Positions 9,578 to 20,048 are shown, counted from the first letter of the stretch. The stretch: 53,281 nucleotides of DNA from an uncultured Kiloniellaceae bacterium (GCA_964194935.1 CAXMOL010000148.1:1-53281); one strand, 5' to 3'. Numbers and translations: made by a program. Notes: a model not told the origin generated them from the letters alone.

Positions 9578-10128
9578 AGCCGGTCGGGTTGGCTGCAGGC
9601 GTCGTGATGCGGGAATACCAGGCATCGGATGCGAGTGCTCTCCTGACGGCGGTCGACGCTTCTCGCAGACGGCTCGCTCGTTGGATGCCATGGGTTCCGT
9701 TTGCCACGACGGTTCAAGACTTCGAGGATTTCATCCGCGTGGCAACCAGGCAAGGGCGCGACGGATCGGGACAGCACCTTGGCTTGTTCGATGACCACGT
9801 GGTGGTTGGCGCCGTGGGTGCGTCGATCGGTTCGCTCAACTTTTACGAGGCAGACGTTGGCTACTGGTTGGCCGAATCACATGAGGGATTGGGTCTGGTG
9901 TCTGCTGCCGTCGCACATGTCATCGAGTGGTTGTTTGCCGAACGTGACATGTACCGCATCACGATCCGTGCTGCAGTCGACAACCAGCGCAGCCGGGCTG
10001 TGGCCAAACGCCTTGGGTTTACGTTTGAAGGAATCCTCAGGGGGTCGTTGCTGCTCGATGGCGTGCACGCCGATGCGGCGTTGTATTCCCTGCTCGCCCC
10101 CGACTGGAACTTAAAGACTGAAGACTGA
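9574..10128 (+). CDS. GNAT N-acetyltransferase, RimJ/RimL family
   Basis: 'LARWMPW', 'VGYWL..HEGLGLVS' and 'N.RSRAVAKRLGFTFEGILR'. Confidence 0.88.
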   Translation: MKPVGLAAGVVMREYQASDASALLTAVDASRRRLARWMPWVPFATTVQDFEDFIRVATRQGRDGSGQHLGLFDDHVVVGAVGASIGSLNFYEADVGYWLAESHEGLGLVSAAVAHVIEWLFAERDMYRITIRAAVDNQRSRAVAKRLGFTFEGILRGSLLLDGVHADAALYSLLAPDWNLKTED

Positions 10129-10135
10129 AGACTTC

Positions 10136-10351
10136 TTAGTACCCGTCAGATCCGATGCGAACCGATGAGGCGTAGGTCTTGTCGCCTTCGGTAGCGACTT
10201 CGAAATTGATCCGTTGGCCCTGACGCAGCAGCCGAAAGATGCTGTCCTTTAGTGATCCGGGCCGCAACAGGATTTCGGACTTGTCGGCATCACTCACGAT
10301 CACGCCGAATCCCGTCTTGGGGTCGTAGACCTTGACGACGCCTTGGGCCAT
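10136..10351 (-). CDS. Cold-shock-like OB-fold protein with degenerate RNP motifs
   Basis: 71 aa, 'MAQGVVKVYDPKTGFGVI...RLLRQGQRINFEV'. Lies just downstream of rpmB. Confidence 0.75.
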   Translation of the reverse strand: MAQGVVKVYDPKTGFGVIVSDADKSEILLRPGSLKDSIFRLLRQGQRINFEVATEGDKTYASSVRIGSDGY

Positions 10352-10358
10352 AAGGGCG

Positions 10359-10547
10359 TTACGCCTTCTCGATCTTTCCGGCCTTGATGCATGATGTGCA
10401 AACACGCATCCGACGGGAGTTACTGCCATCGCGTACTCGGACGCGTTGAATGTTGGGCAGCCAACGGCGGCTGCTGCGGCGGTGGGAGTGGCTGACTTGC
10501 TTGCCGAACCACGGCTCTTTGCCGCAAACTTCACATCGATAAGACAC
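10359..10547 (-). CDS. rpmB: 50S ribosomal protein L28 (Zn-binding CxxC form)
   Basis: 62 aa, '[27 protein letters not shown]...[10 protein letters not shown]'. GAGGAGG RBS before the GTG. Confidence 0.96.
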   Translation of the reverse strand: MSYRCEVCGKEPWFGKQVSHSHRRSSRRWLPNIQRVRVRDGSNSRRMRVCTSCIKAGKIEKA

Positions 10548-10631
10548 GGAGAGAAACCTCCTCGGGAACGGCGAGAGGATACCAGCCATCTTGCCAAGCG
10601 CCAGATCGGCGCTCCTTATACTCCGCGGGCG

Positions 10632-12275
10632 ATGGGACACAACCGACTCATTCTGCGGCCCCAAGACCTCAAGCAGGTGCTTACCCGCTACCTGGGGCGG
10701 CTCCGGCAGTACCGCGAAGCCCTCAACCGGTTGAACGTCTACCCGGTCCCAGATGGCGACACCGGAACCAACATGACCCTGACGGTCGAGGCTGTTGTTG
10801 CCGAGGTCGAAGCGGCGGAGAGTATGGAGGAGGTCGCCACCGCTTTGGCCCACGGTTCGCTGATGGGAGCCCAAGGCAATAGCGGCATCATTCTCAGCCA
10901 GATTCTGCGTGGACTCGCTGATGCGTTCCGCAGCGCTATCGACCTCGGCACTGCCCACCTGGTTGATGCGCTCGACAGAGCCTCGGTGGCGGCTTACAAG
11001 TCGGTCGGTCGGCCGGTCGAGGGAACCATCCTGACCGTCTTGCGCGAGGCTGCCGAAGCTGCTCGGGAGGAAGACACCGCCGAAGGCGAAGACCTGGCTG
11101 ATTTGCTTCATCGGGTGTATCGCCGGGCTGAGATTTCGCTGCGGAACACCCCGGAGTTGCTCCCGGTGCTCAAAGAGGCCGGAGTCGTGGATGCCGGTGG
11201 TGCGGGGTTCCTGCTGCTGCTCGTGGCATTCCTCGAGGAGGTGACCGGTACCGATGTGGTGATTCCAGATGCGATATTTGCTGTGGCCGCGGCCCAGCTT
11301 GGTTCATCTTCCGGTGTCGAAACGGACCCGGTGGCCGACCTGCGTTACGAGGTGATGTACCTGCTGCACGCCGACGATGAGTCCAGTGGAGACCTTCTGC
11401 GCGACTCCTGGGCCACGATGGGCGATTCGGTGGTTGTTGTTGGCGGCGGTGGGGTGTGGAACTGCCATATCCATACCGATGACATCGGGCCTGCGGTGGA
11501 GGCCGGGATCGCGCTGGGACGACCGGAGCGGATCAAGATCACTGATTTACTCGATCAAACAGCTGCGGAAGCGTTTCACCGGGCACCCGGATTCGAACCT
11601 CTTGTCGAATTTGCCGATGCCGCCGTCGGGGTGGTTCCGGTAGGAGTCGGCGCCGGAATCGTCGGGCTGTTTCGCGACGCCGGTGCCCAAGGGATGGTTA
11701 CAGGTGGGCAGACGATGAATCCGTCGGTCCGCGACGTGCTGGAAGTGGTAGAAAAGGTGGCCAGCGATGACGTGATCGTCTTGCCCAACAACAAGAACAT
11801 TGTTCCGGTTGCCGAACAGCTGGATGCGCTGACCACCAAGCGGGTACACGTGGTACCGACTCGATCGGTGCCCGAAGGATTGGCGGCGATGCTTGCCTAC
11901 CTTCCCGGCGGGAATGCAGAAGCAACCGTCGCGGCCATGGCGGCCGCGGCTGGCGACGTGACCGCCGGCGAGGTGACGATGGCGGTCCGTGATGCAACGA
12001 CACCTGCGGGATCGATCGCTGAGGGTGATTGGCTGGGAATTGTCTCCGGCGACGTAGAAGTGATTGCTGCAGACTGTGCCGACGCGGCCTGGCAGGTATT
12101 GGATCGGATGGTTGGAGGAGATTCAGAAGTGGTGACGATCATCACAGGCAACGACGCCGATGAGACGATCACAGACGTGATCACATCGCGGTTTTCTGTG
12201 GCCCATCCGGAAGTCTCGGTAGAGGTCGTAAGCGGTGAGCAGCCGCTGTATCCGTATTTGTTCGGGGTCGAGTGA
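10632..12275 (+). CDS. DAK2-domain protein (YloV/FakA fatty acid kinase-like)
   Basis: '[15 protein letters not shown]', 'GNSGIILSQ', 'GVVDAGG', 'GGQTMNPS' and 'LPNNKN'. Divergent from rpmB, upstream of recG. Confidence 0.92.
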   Translation: MGHNRLILRPQDLKQVLTRYLGRLRQYREALNRLNVYPVPDGDTGTNMTLTVEAVVAEVEAAESMEEVATALAHGSLMGAQGNSGIILSQILRGLADAFRSAIDLGTAHLVDALDRASVAAYKSVGRPVEGTILTVLREAAEAAREEDTAEGEDLADLLHRVYRRAEISLRNTPELLPVLKEAGVVDAGGAGFLLLLVAFLEEVTGTDVVIPDAIFAVAAAQLGSSSGVETDPVADLRYEVMYLLHADDESSGDLLRDSWATMGDSVVVVGGGGVWNCHIHTDDIGPAVEAGIALGRPERIKITDLLDQTAAEAFHRAPGFEPLVEFADAAVGVVPVGVGAGIVGLFRDAGAQGMVTGGQTMNPSVRDVLEVVEKVASDDVIVLPNNKNIVPVAEQLDALTTKRVHVVPTRSVPEGLAAMLAYLPGGNAEATVAAMAAAAGDVTAGEVTMAVRDATTPAGSIAEGDWLGIVSGDVEVIAADCADAAWQVLDRMVGGDSEVVTIITGNDADETITDVITSRFSVAHPEVSVEVVSGEQPLYPYLFGVE

Positions 12276-14353
12276 GCGGTAATTCGCTCGCCCAACTCGC
12301 CGGAGTCGAGATCGAGCGAGTAAAGGGTCTCACCGGCAAGCGGGGCGAGAAGCTGCGTGAGGCGGGAATCAAGACTGTTGCCGACCTGCTGCTCCATGTG
12401 CCACGGCGCTACGTCGATCGCAGTCGAACTCTGCCTCTTTCCGACGTCCCGCTCGACGAAGAGGTGACGGTTGTCGGAACGGTGAAGAAGGTATCCGTGC
12501 GCCGGCCCCGGCGGGGCCTGGTGATCGTGGAAGCGACGATCTATGACCAGACGGGCATTCTCAAGGCTGTGTGGTTCAACCAGGCGTTCCGGGGGCGACA
12601 ACTAGTAGAAGAGTCAGAGGTCGCACTGTCGGGGACCGTGACCCGCTATCGGGGAGCGCTACAGATGCAGTCCCCTGATGCGGATGTGTTGGATCGGCCG
12701 TCGGAGTCGCTGGTCACCGGCCGGGTGATGCCGGTTCACCCCACTGTCGGGGGGATAGGACCCGGTCACCTGCGGCGAACAATCCACTCGGCGTTGCTCA
12801 AGGCACGTCCGATGCCGGACCCGCTGCCAGTCGAGATGCGAGAAAGGCTTGGTCTGGTTGATCGGGACACCTCCTTGGGTGACATTCACTTCCCCGAACA
12901 ACTCGAACAGGCCCATGCTGCTCGTGCTCGGTTGGTTTTCGACGAGCTGTTCCGGCTCGAGGTAGCGCTCGCAGTTCGCAAACACCGCCAAATAGATGAG
13001 GCCGAGGGCATTGCTCACGACCTGACCGGAGGCTTGGTCGAGTCTTTCGTTGAGGCTCTTCCGTACGAGCTGACCGGTGCTCAGTCGAAGGCGATCGCCG
13101 AGCTACAGCGCGACATGGCGGCTCCGCATCCAATGCATCGGCTCTTGCAGGGAGAGGTCGGTTCCGGCAAGACGGTGGTGGCCATGGCCGCGTTGCTCAC
13201 CGCGGTGCAGGGTGGATTCCAGGGTGCGGTGATGGCCCCTACTGAGGTCCTGGCAGATCAGCATTATCTGGGCCTTGCTCCTCTCGCCGAACTGGTCGGG
13301 GTGAGGATGGCTTTGCTCACCGGCTCGTCGAGGGATCGCGTTGACACGCTCGAAGCTGTTGCAGCCGGCACGGTCGACGTGGTTGTCGGGACTCACGCCC
13401 TCATCCAGGAGGGGGTTTCATTCTCCAACCTGGGAGTGGCTGTGGTCGACGAGCAACATCGCTTTGGAGTGAACCAGAGGGTTGAACTGCGCGAGAAGGC
13501 CACCGGGCCGCAACCGGACATGCTCATCATGACGGCCACACCGATTCCGCGGACGCTGTCGATGACGCTCTACGGAGATCTCGATGTCACCGTGCTGGAT
13601 GAGATGCCGAAGGGGCGCAAGCCGGTGAGCACCGAAACCCTCACGCCTGCCGCGTCTGCGCTCGAGGCGGTGTACGCGGTGATGCGGTCCGAGGTCGAGG
13701 CCGGGAGGCAGGCGTTTGTCGTCTGTCCTCTGGTGGAGGATTCGGCAAAGCTTCAGGCCGCATCGGCCACCGCCGAGCACGTTCGCCTATCGGCGGTCTT
13801 TGCGGATCTCAGTGTTGGTCTGCTCCACGGCCAGATGAAGTCGGCCGACAAGGAAGCGGTGATGACCAAGATGCGTGCCGGCGAGATCGACATCCTGGTG
13901 GCCACGACAGTCATCGAGGTCGGTATCGATATTCCCAATGCCACCGTGATGGTCATTGAAGACGCCGATCGGTTCGGGTTGAGTCAGCTCCATCAGCTGC
14001 GCGGTCGAGTCGGACGAGGCGAGCACCCGGCGAGATGTTTCCTTGTCGCCGACCCCACCACCCCCGAAGGCGAGCAACGGATCGCCGCCATGGTGGAGAC
14101 GACCGACGGGTTTCGTCTCGCCGAAGAAGACCTTCGGATCAGGGGCCAGGGAACCGTTTTCGGCGCCCGCCAGGCCGGCATGGCGGATCTAAAGCTCGCC
14201 GATGTGCTGGCGGACATCGACACCCTGGTCGTCGCCAGGCGCGAGGCCTTTGATCTGGTGGCAAATGACCCGAAACTGAGCGCCCACCGCGAGATTGCCC
14301 ATGAGGCTTCGGTGCTGCTCGGGGGCTCCGAGGAGTGGTTGTTCATCTCATGA
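12272..14353 (+). CDS. recG: ATP-dependent DNA helicase RecG
   Basis: QGEVGSGKT, DEQHRFG, MTATPIPRT, QLHQLRGRVGRG and DLRIRGQG. Confidence 0.97.
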   Translation: MSGNSLAQLAGVEIERVKGLTGKRGEKLREAGIKTVADLLLHVPRRYVDRSRTLPLSDVPLDEEVTVVGTVKKVSVRRPRRGLVIVEATIYDQTGILKAVWFNQAFRGRQLVEESEVALSGTVTRYRGALQMQSPDADVLDRPSESLVTGRVMPVHPTVGGIGPGHLRRTIHSALLKARPMPDPLPVEMRERLGLVDRDTSLGDIHFPEQLEQAHAARARLVFDELFRLEVALAVRKHRQIDEAEGIAHDLTGGLVESFVEALPYELTGAQSKAIAELQRDMAAPHPMHRLLQGEVGSGKTVVAMAALLTAVQGGFQGAVMAPTEVLADQHYLGLAPLAELVGVRMALLTGSSRDRVDTLEAVAAGTVDVVVGTHALIQEGVSFSNLGVAVVDEQHRFGVNQRVELREKATGPQPDMLIMTATPIPRTLSMTLYGDLDVTVLDEMPKGRKPVSTETLTPAASALEAVYAVMRSEVEAGRQAFVVCPLVEDSAKLQAASATAEHVRLSAVFADLSVGLLHGQMKSADKEAVMTKMRAGEIDILVATTVIEVGIDIPNATVMVIEDADRFGLSQLHQLRGRVGRGEHPARCFLVADPTTPEGEQRIAAMVETTDGFRLAEEDLRIRGQGTVFGARQAGMADLKLADVLADIDTLVVARREAFDLVANDPKLSAHREIAHEASVLLGGSEEWLFIS

Positions 14354-14895
14354 GGATCGTTGCCGGAGCCGCCAAGGGCCGCAGGCTGAAGGCACCCAAG
14401 GGTCCGGAGACCCGTCCAATGATGGATCGCGTGAAGGAGGCGATCTTCTCCAGTCTCGGGGCGACGGTCACGGGCGCTTCAGTGCTCGACTTATACGCGG
14501 GGTCGGGCAGCCTGGGTTTGGAAGCGTTGAGCAGGGGGGCGCGGCGCGCCGTTTTTGTCGAGTGGCGTCGCACCGCTCGCCGGATCATCGAGCACAACAT
14601 CGCCACAATCGACCTCGGTGGCGAGGTGGTGGCGGCCAAGGTCGAGGACTTCCTGGGCCATGGCACTGGTTCGTACGATCTTGCATTCGTTGACCCTCCG
14701 TACGACCTGGCACTACCGTCCGTGGAGGCGGTGCTTGGACAGCTCGTTCAATGGCTCGCCGACGATGCCACAGTCGTCGTTCACCGTCGGTCGGGGAGCG
14801 GCGCGATACCCGGGATTCCGGGTCTGGTGTTGTCTGACCGGCGGAAATACGGCGATGCCGAGATCACGCGTTTTACGAAGGAGGCGAAGGCATGA
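14350..14895 (+). CDS. rsmD: 16S rRNA (guanine966-N2)-methyltransferase
   Basis: MRIVAG..KGRRL, TRP..DRVKEAIF, LDLYAGSGSLGLEALSRGA and DPPY. Confidence 0.93.
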   Translation: MRIVAGAAKGRRLKAPKGPETRPMMDRVKEAIFSSLGATVTGASVLDLYAGSGSLGLEALSRGARRAVFVEWRRTARRIIEHNIATIDLGGEVVAAKVEDFLGHGTGSYDLAFVDPPYDLALPSVEAVLGQLVQWLADDATVVVHRRSGSGAIPGIPGLVLSDRRKYGDAEITRFTKEAKA

Positions 14896-15365
14896 CCACA
14901 GCGCTCGTGCCGGGCAGCTTCGACCCACCGACCAACGGTCACCTCGATGTCGTGTCGCGCTGTGCTTCGATCTTCGACGACGTCGTGGTTGCGGTTGTGC
15001 TCAATCCGTCCAAGGATTCGTTGTTCTCTCCAGAAGAGCGCAAGCAAATGCTCGAAGAGCACTGCCCGTGGCCCAATGTCAGAGTGGATGGTTTTGACGG
15101 TTTGCTTGTCGACTTCGCAAAGGTGGTCGGTGCGGATGTGGTTGTGAAGGGTTTGAGGGCGATTACCGACTTCGATTACGAACTCCAGCTCGCCCAGATG
15201 AACAGGCATCTTTCTGGCATCGTCACGATGTTCGTACCCACCAAACCCGAGCTTGGGTACCTCTCGTCATCTCTCGTGAAGGAGGTGGCCCGCCTCGGCG
15301 GGGATGTCACCGAGTTGGTGCCCGAATCTGTTGGGGTGGCGTTGCGGGAGAGGATGGAATCGTGA
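14892..15365 (+). CDS. coaD: Phosphopantetheine adenylyltransferase
   Basis: PGSFDPPTNGHLD, KGLRA.TDFDYE and SSSLVKEVA. Confidence 0.96.
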   Translation: MTTALVPGSFDPPTNGHLDVVSRCASIFDDVVVAVVLNPSKDSLFSPEERKQMLEEHCPWPNVRVDGFDGLLVDFAKVVGADVVVKGLRAITDFDYELQLAQMNRHLSGIVTMFVPTKPELGYLSSSLVKEVARLGGDVTELVPESVGVALRERMES

Positions 15366-15892
15366 GCGACGAAGTCGATCTGAACCAGATGGAGGAGACT
15401 GCGGCCCCGGCTCGGGCAGGCGAACTGCTCGATCTCGTCGACGAGTTGATCATCGGAGTCGAAGGTGCTCGAAATGTCCCGTTGTCGAGCAATGTCATGC
15501 TCGACCGCGAGGTCCTTCTCGAGATGCTGTATCGACTGCGCGACGACCTCCCCGAGGAACTTAGAGCTGCCCGATGGATGGTCCGAGAGCGTGAAGCGTT
15601 TGTCGCCCGGACCAATGAATCGGCTCGCGAGATGTTGGATCGAGCCCGGAACCAGAGCGAAGAGCTGATCTCCGAGTCATACATCGTCAAGGAAGCGGTC
15701 GACGAAGCGAATGCCCTTACGCGCCATGCCGAGGCTGAGGCGACCCGCATCCGATTGGAAGCTGAGGACTACAGCGAACAGGCGATGGAGCAGACCGAAG
15801 CGGTACTCGCCGACCTACTCGCTCAGGTGAGGGAACGGCGCGCCGAACTTCGCCAGGCCAGGCGCCGAAACCCCGAGCTTGAAGAGGACTGA
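15362..15892 (+). CDS. Coiled-coil protein (SepIVA / ATP synthase b-like family found between coaD and yceD)
   Basis: 'ARNVPLSSNVMLDRE..LPEELRAARW' followed by a long heptad helix. Conserved position. Confidence 0.75.
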   Translation: MSDEVDLNQMEETAAPARAGELLDLVDELIIGVEGARNVPLSSNVMLDREVLLEMLYRLRDDLPEELRAARWMVREREAFVARTNESAREMLDRARNQSEELISESYIVKEAVDEANALTRHAEAEATRIRLEAEDYSEQAMEQTEAVLADLLAQVRERRAELRQARRRNPELEED

Positions 15893-15913
15893 GCGACCGT
15901 TACAGTTGCTCGG

Positions 15914-16408
15914 ATGACGTCCTCGCCGTTCGTTTTTCCCATCTCCGACGTACTCTCGGATTCCGGTTCTCGCCGCGCGATCGAGGTCGATACGTCTATT
16001 GACTGGGGTTTTGAGACGGCGGCGGTCGGCCCACATCTGAAGGCCGAGTTGGTGCTGGAAAACGCTTCAGGGGTTCTCATCGTGCGCGGCCCGGCCGAGA
16101 CCACGCTCAAGTTGACTTGTGACCGCTGTCTCACCGTGTGGGCTGAGGCCCTGAGAGTCGAGATCACAGAGGCTCTCGGTTTCGACGGTGACGGTGACGG
16201 ATATGCCCTCGAAAGGGACACAGCCGACCTGGAACCGGTGCTGCGCGATGCTCTGTTGCTGGAGGTTCCGCTTCGTCCGATGTGCCGCGATGATTGTCTT
16301 GGACTTTGCGCTACGTGCGGAGCCGACTTGAATACGGCAACCTGTCCCGGGCATGACGAGGAGAGCACTTCGCCCTTCGCTGCGCTCAAGGATTTGCTAG
16401 AACCCTGA
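15914..16408 (+). CDS. yceD: YceD/DUF177 family protein
   Basis: CDRCL and 'P.RPMCRDDCLGLCATCGADLN..C' motifs. Lies upstream of rpmF. Confidence 0.9.
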   Translation: MTSSPFVFPISDVLSDSGSRRAIEVDTSIDWGFETAAVGPHLKAELVLENASGVLIVRGPAETTLKLTCDRCLTVWAEALRVEITEALGFDGDGDGYALERDTADLEPVLRDALLLEVPLRPMCRDDCLGLCATCGADLNTATCPGHDEESTSPFAALKDLLEP

Positions 16409-16431
16409 CCAGACTTGTTGAAAGGCGCGCC

Positions 16432-16605
16432 ATGGCGGTCCCGAAAAAGAAAATGTCTCGCTCCCGTACCCGGCGGCGGAAAGCGACGTGGAAGGTGACT
16501 CGCACTCACACCACGCGTTGTCCGCAGTGCGACTCGCCCAAACTTCCGCACCGCGTGTGCCCGGAGTGCGGGACGTACAAGGGCCGGGAGGTCATCCCGA
16601 GCTAG
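16432..16605 (+). CDS. rpmF: 50S ribosomal protein L32 (Zn-binding form; 57 aa, absent from the ORF track)
   Basis: Manual translation: MAVPKKKMSRSRTRRRKATWK...CPQC..PKLPHRVCPECGTYKGREVIPS*. Confidence 0.96.
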   Translation: MAVPKKKMSRSRTRRRKATWKVTRTHTTRCPQCDSPKLPHRVCPECGTYKGREVIPS

Positions 16606-16612
16606 GGCTCAT

Positions 16613-17593
16613 ATGGCCCGCATAGCCCTCGACGCCATGGGTGGGGATCATGCCCCACAGCAGGCGGTGTTGGGCGCCCTCGACGCCGCCGAGCGTGGCG
16701 TGGACGTCGTTTTGGTGGGCGATGAGACGGCTCTTCGAGCCGAGCTAGAGGCTGCCGGTGCTTCCCTCGTCATCGTGCACGCCCCCGAGGTCATTGACAT
16801 GGCCGAGGACCCGGCGGCCGCCATCAGGGCAAAGAAGGGGGCCTCAGTAAGCGTTGCCGCCGACCTGGTTTCTTCTGGTGGGGCGGTCGGCATGGTCTCG
16901 GCTGGTTCGACTGGTGCCGCTCTTGCCGCGGCCGCATTTGGGATCGGCAGGATCCCCGGAGTGTCTCGTCCGGCGATCGCGACGATCTTTCCGCTGGGGA
17001 CGCCGACCGTGGTCCTCGATGTCGGAGCGAACATCGAGGTCAACGCCGGCAACTTGGCACAGTTTGCAGTCATGGGGTCGGTCGTGGCTCAGGTGTATCT
17101 CGGTGTCGATGATCCCCAGGTAGGACTGCTCAACATCGGCGAGGAAAGATCCAAAGGGAGAGACCTCGAAAAAGAGGCCTTCAAGCTGATCGAGGCGCTT
17201 CCGCTTCGGTTCGCAGGCAATGTCGAAGGCCGCGATCTCGGACGCGGCATCGCCGATGTCGTGGTGGCGGACGGATTTACGGGCAACGTGTTGCTGAAGA
17301 CGGCCGAAGGAACTTCACTTGCTGTGGGCCGCTTCATCATGGAGGCGCTGGCCGGTGCCGACGATCCGGTGGTTCAGGAAGCCGCCAAGGTTGTGCTTCC
17401 GCTGCTGCTGCAGCTGCGCGAGCGGTTCGATCCCGAGGCCTATGGCGGCGCTCACCTTGTCGGAACCCGGGGGACCGTCGTGATCGCTCACGGCTCGTCT
17501 TCTCGGGTGGCGATAGCCAATGCTCTTGTCTTGGCGAGCGAAGGCGCGGAACACGATCTGGTCGGTCGGATCGAGGCCGGGATACGTGGCTGA
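16613..17593 (+). CDS. plsX: Phosphate acyltransferase PlsX
   Basis: IALDAMGGDHAP, SAGSTGA, LLNIGEE..KG, DGFTGNVLLKTAEG and HGSS. Confidence 0.95.
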   Translation: MARIALDAMGGDHAPQQAVLGALDAAERGVDVVLVGDETALRAELEAAGASLVIVHAPEVIDMAEDPAAAIRAKKGASVSVAADLVSSGGAVGMVSAGSTGAALAAAAFGIGRIPGVSRPAIATIFPLGTPTVVLDVGANIEVNAGNLAQFAVMGSVVAQVYLGVDDPQVGLLNIGEERSKGRDLEKEAFKLIEALPLRFAGNVEGRDLGRGIADVVVADGFTGNVLLKTAEGTSLAVGRFIMEALAGADDPVVQEAAKVVLPLLLQLRERFDPEAYGGAHLVGTRGTVVIAHGSSSRVAIANALVLASEGAEHDLVGRIEAGIRG

Positions 17594-18257
17594 CCTGGAA
17601 GCAAGGCTGGGCTACTCCTTCGACGATCAGTCGCTGCTCGACCTCGCTCTCACTCATCGGTCGCATGCCGAAGACGCGGCGGGAATCTCCAATGAGCGAC
17701 TCGAATTCCTCGGCGACGCCGTTCTCGGCCTGGTGATCGCCGATGAGCTGTACTCGGGTGGTGCCCTCAATGAAGGATCGATGGCCAAGGTTCGAGCTGC
17801 CGTGGTCAGCGAGGCTGCGCTTGCCGACGTGGCACGTGATCTCGAGCTTGGAGCCCACCTGCGGTTGGGCAAAGGGGAACGGGACTCGGGTGGGAGTGAC
17901 AAGACGTCGATTCTCGCCGACTCCCTCGAAGCTGTGATAGGCGCCATCTATCTCGACGGTGGGTTCGACCCGGCACATCGCTTTGTTGTCGAGTTCTGGG
18001 AAGAGTTGGTCGTGGATCGAGCTGCAGCCCCCGGAGAACAGGATTACAAGACCCGGCTACAGGAGGTCGTTGCCAAGAGCGGTGGCGTCCCGGAGTACGC
18101 CGTGGCCGGTGTGGGGCCCGATCATGTCCGTGAGTTCACAGCCGAGGTCACCGTGGGAGGTTCGGCTCTGGGTGTCGGCACTGGGACTTCGAAGAAGCGG
18201 GCCGAGCAAGAGGCCGCTCGCGAGGCGCTGGTGGCTCTCGAAGAGGCAGATGCCTGA
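17586..18257 (+). CDS. rnc: Ribonuclease III
   Basis: LALTHRS, NERLEFLGDAVL and a dsRBD (DYKTRLQE..GPDH..SKKRAEQEAA). Start moved to GTG 17586. Confidence 0.96.
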   Translation: MADLEARLGYSFDDQSLLDLALTHRSHAEDAAGISNERLEFLGDAVLGLVIADELYSGGALNEGSMAKVRAAVVSEAALADVARDLELGAHLRLGKGERDSGGSDKTSILADSLEAVIGAIYLDGGFDPAHRFVVEFWEELVVDRAAAPGEQDYKTRLQEVVAKSGGVPEYAVAGVGPDHVREFTAEVTVGGSALGVGTGTSKKRAEQEAAREALVALEEADA

Positions 18258-19080
18258 GCTACCGGAGGTAGAGACGACTCGGCGTCACCTCGAGCCGATT
18301 CTCGTTGGGGCCCGAATCGCTGATGTGGATGTGCGACGGGATCGGATGGTGCGCCGCCAGGAGCAACCGGCTGACTTTGCAGCCCGACTGACCGGACGGC
18401 GTGTTGCTGGCTTGGACCGCGTCGGGAAGTTCATGCTTGCTCGAGTCGAAGGTGATATCACCTGGGTTACCCACCTCGGGATGTCCGGCCGCATCCAGAT
18501 CGCAGAGCCGGGGGAGATCGAGGAAGCACACACCAACGTCGTAGTGACTCTGGTTGGCGGTCGCGAGATTCGCTTTGTCGACCCCAGAACCTTCGGGTTC
18601 ATGGTTGCGTTCACCCCTGACGAATTGAAGGAGTCGAGTGTCTCCGCGTTGGGTCGAGACGCTCTCGATGACCTACCTAGATCGCCGGAGTTGGCCAGGC
18701 TTCTCCGCGGTCGGTCTGCTCCGATCAAGGCCTTGTTGCTCGATCAGCATTTCATCGCAGGACTGGGGAATATCTACGCAGACGAGGTCCTGCATCGCGC
18801 CAAGATCTCACCGCATCGTCCTGGCGGATCGCTCGACGCCGAGGAGATAAAGGCGGTTCGCCGGTCTATTCGGCCGATTCTCCGAGCAGGCTTGGCCGCC
18901 GGGGGCACCAGCCTCGATGACATGGCGTACCTGCTGCCCGATGGCAGGTCGGGTGACTACATGGTTCGACTCAGGGTCTACGGCCGTGCCGGACATGCAT
19001 GCCATCGATGCCGTACGGTCATTGCATCGACGGTGCTGCGCGGGAGGACTACGGCTTGGTGCCCCGGATGCCAGAAGTGA
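18250..19080 (+). CDS. mutM: Formamidopyrimidine-DNA glycosylase
   Basis: N-terminal MPELPEVET, HLGMSG, GLGNIYADE and a C-terminal CxxC..CxxC Zn finger. Confidence 0.96.
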   Translation: MPELPEVETTRRHLEPILVGARIADVDVRRDRMVRRQEQPADFAARLTGRRVAGLDRVGKFMLARVEGDITWVTHLGMSGRIQIAEPGEIEEAHTNVVVTLVGGREIRFVDPRTFGFMVAFTPDELKESSVSALGRDALDDLPRSPELARLLRGRSAPIKALLLDQHFIAGLGNIYADEVLHRAKISPHRPGGSLDAEEIKAVRRSIRPILRAGLAAGGTSLDDMAYLLPDGRSGDYMVRLRVYGRAGHACHRCRTVIASTVLRGRTTAWCPGCQK

Positions 19081-19742
19081 GGCGTTTCGTCATCGCCGTC
19101 GGACTCATCATGACCGTGCTCGTCGCCGCCTGCAGCAGCGGATCGGAACCCGCCATCACCGTCACTACCACTGAATCATTCGGTGCTGCGGCGAATGAGT
19201 ACGCGATTTCGGCCGAGCGCGCCCTCGCCGGAACCGTGTTCGAACAGGTGGGACCTGAGGCACTTGCGGGCCTGGTTGTCGGCCTGTGTGAAGGGTTTGG
19301 CATCGGGGCCATCCCGGCGACGGTCGACGGGATAGGGCTTGCAGCGTCGGTGGGGGACCAGGAGATCATTGCGGAGGTGCTCATCGTCGGTGTCGTCCAG
19401 GTCTGTCCGGATGGTGCTCCCGTCGATCTCACCGGGTTCTATCTCGATGCCGTGGTGGGAACGGCTGAGACCGCCGGAGCGCTGGGTGCCTTCGATGAGG
19501 CAGACGTGGTGCGAGCGGGGCCGGTTGTGTGTGATGTGCTGAAATCGGAAGCCGGCGTCGAAGCCGCACTCCTGGAGGTCGTAGAGAGATTGTTTGGTGT
19601 GGCCGTAGCCGACATCGATTCGTTGGTCGGGTCGATAGACGATGATCAGGGTGTGGTGGCGGGCGCTGTGCTCGCTTCGGCTACGGCGGTGTTGTGCCCG
19701 CAATACGCCGCTGCGGTCGAGGCATTCATGGAGTCCCTGTGA
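19077..19742 (+). CDS. Putative lipoprotein with two DUF732-like Cys-paired helical repeats
   Basis: Lipobox VAAC-SSG. Repeats 'LCEG...VCP' and 'VCDVL...LCPQY'. Overlaps both neighbours. Confidence 0.65.
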   Translation: MRRFVIAVGLIMTVLVAACSSGSEPAITVTTTESFGAAANEYAISAERALAGTVFEQVGPEALAGLVVGLCEGFGIGAIPATVDGIGLAASVGDQEIIAEVLIVGVVQVCPDGAPVDLTGFYLDAVVGTAETAGALGAFDEADVVRAGPVVCDVLKSEAGVEAALLEVVERLFGVAVADIDSLVGSIDDDQGVVAGAVLASATAVLCPQYAAAVEAFMESL

Positions 19743-20008
19743 TGGCTCGAAGGGCGGTTGCCTCCGGGCGGGTCCAGGGCGTCGGGTTCCGGTGGCACGC
19801 TCGGCAGCGAGCCGCCCAACTGGGGGTAGCGGGTTGGGTGCGGAATACGGCTAGCGGAATGGTCGAGGTTCATGCGGAGGGGGATGAAGAATCGGTCGAT
19901 TCGTTCGTGGAATGGCTGGCTACGGGTCCGGCCGCTGCCCACGTCACCAGCCTGGATGTGGTCACTGTGGCACCAATCGGTGCCGAGTCGTTCGACATCA
20001 CCATGTGA
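19742..20008 (+). CDS. acyP: Acylphosphatase
   Basis: SGRVQGVGFR and GWVRN..G.VEVHAEG..GP motifs. Confidence 0.93.
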   Translation: MARRAVASGRVQGVGFRWHARQRAAQLGVAGWVRNTASGMVEVHAEGDEESVDSFVEWLATGPAAAHVTSLDVVTVAPIGAESFDITM

Positions 20009-20048
20009 ACCACAATGGTGTGATTCGGGTGATAGCCTGGATGCACCC

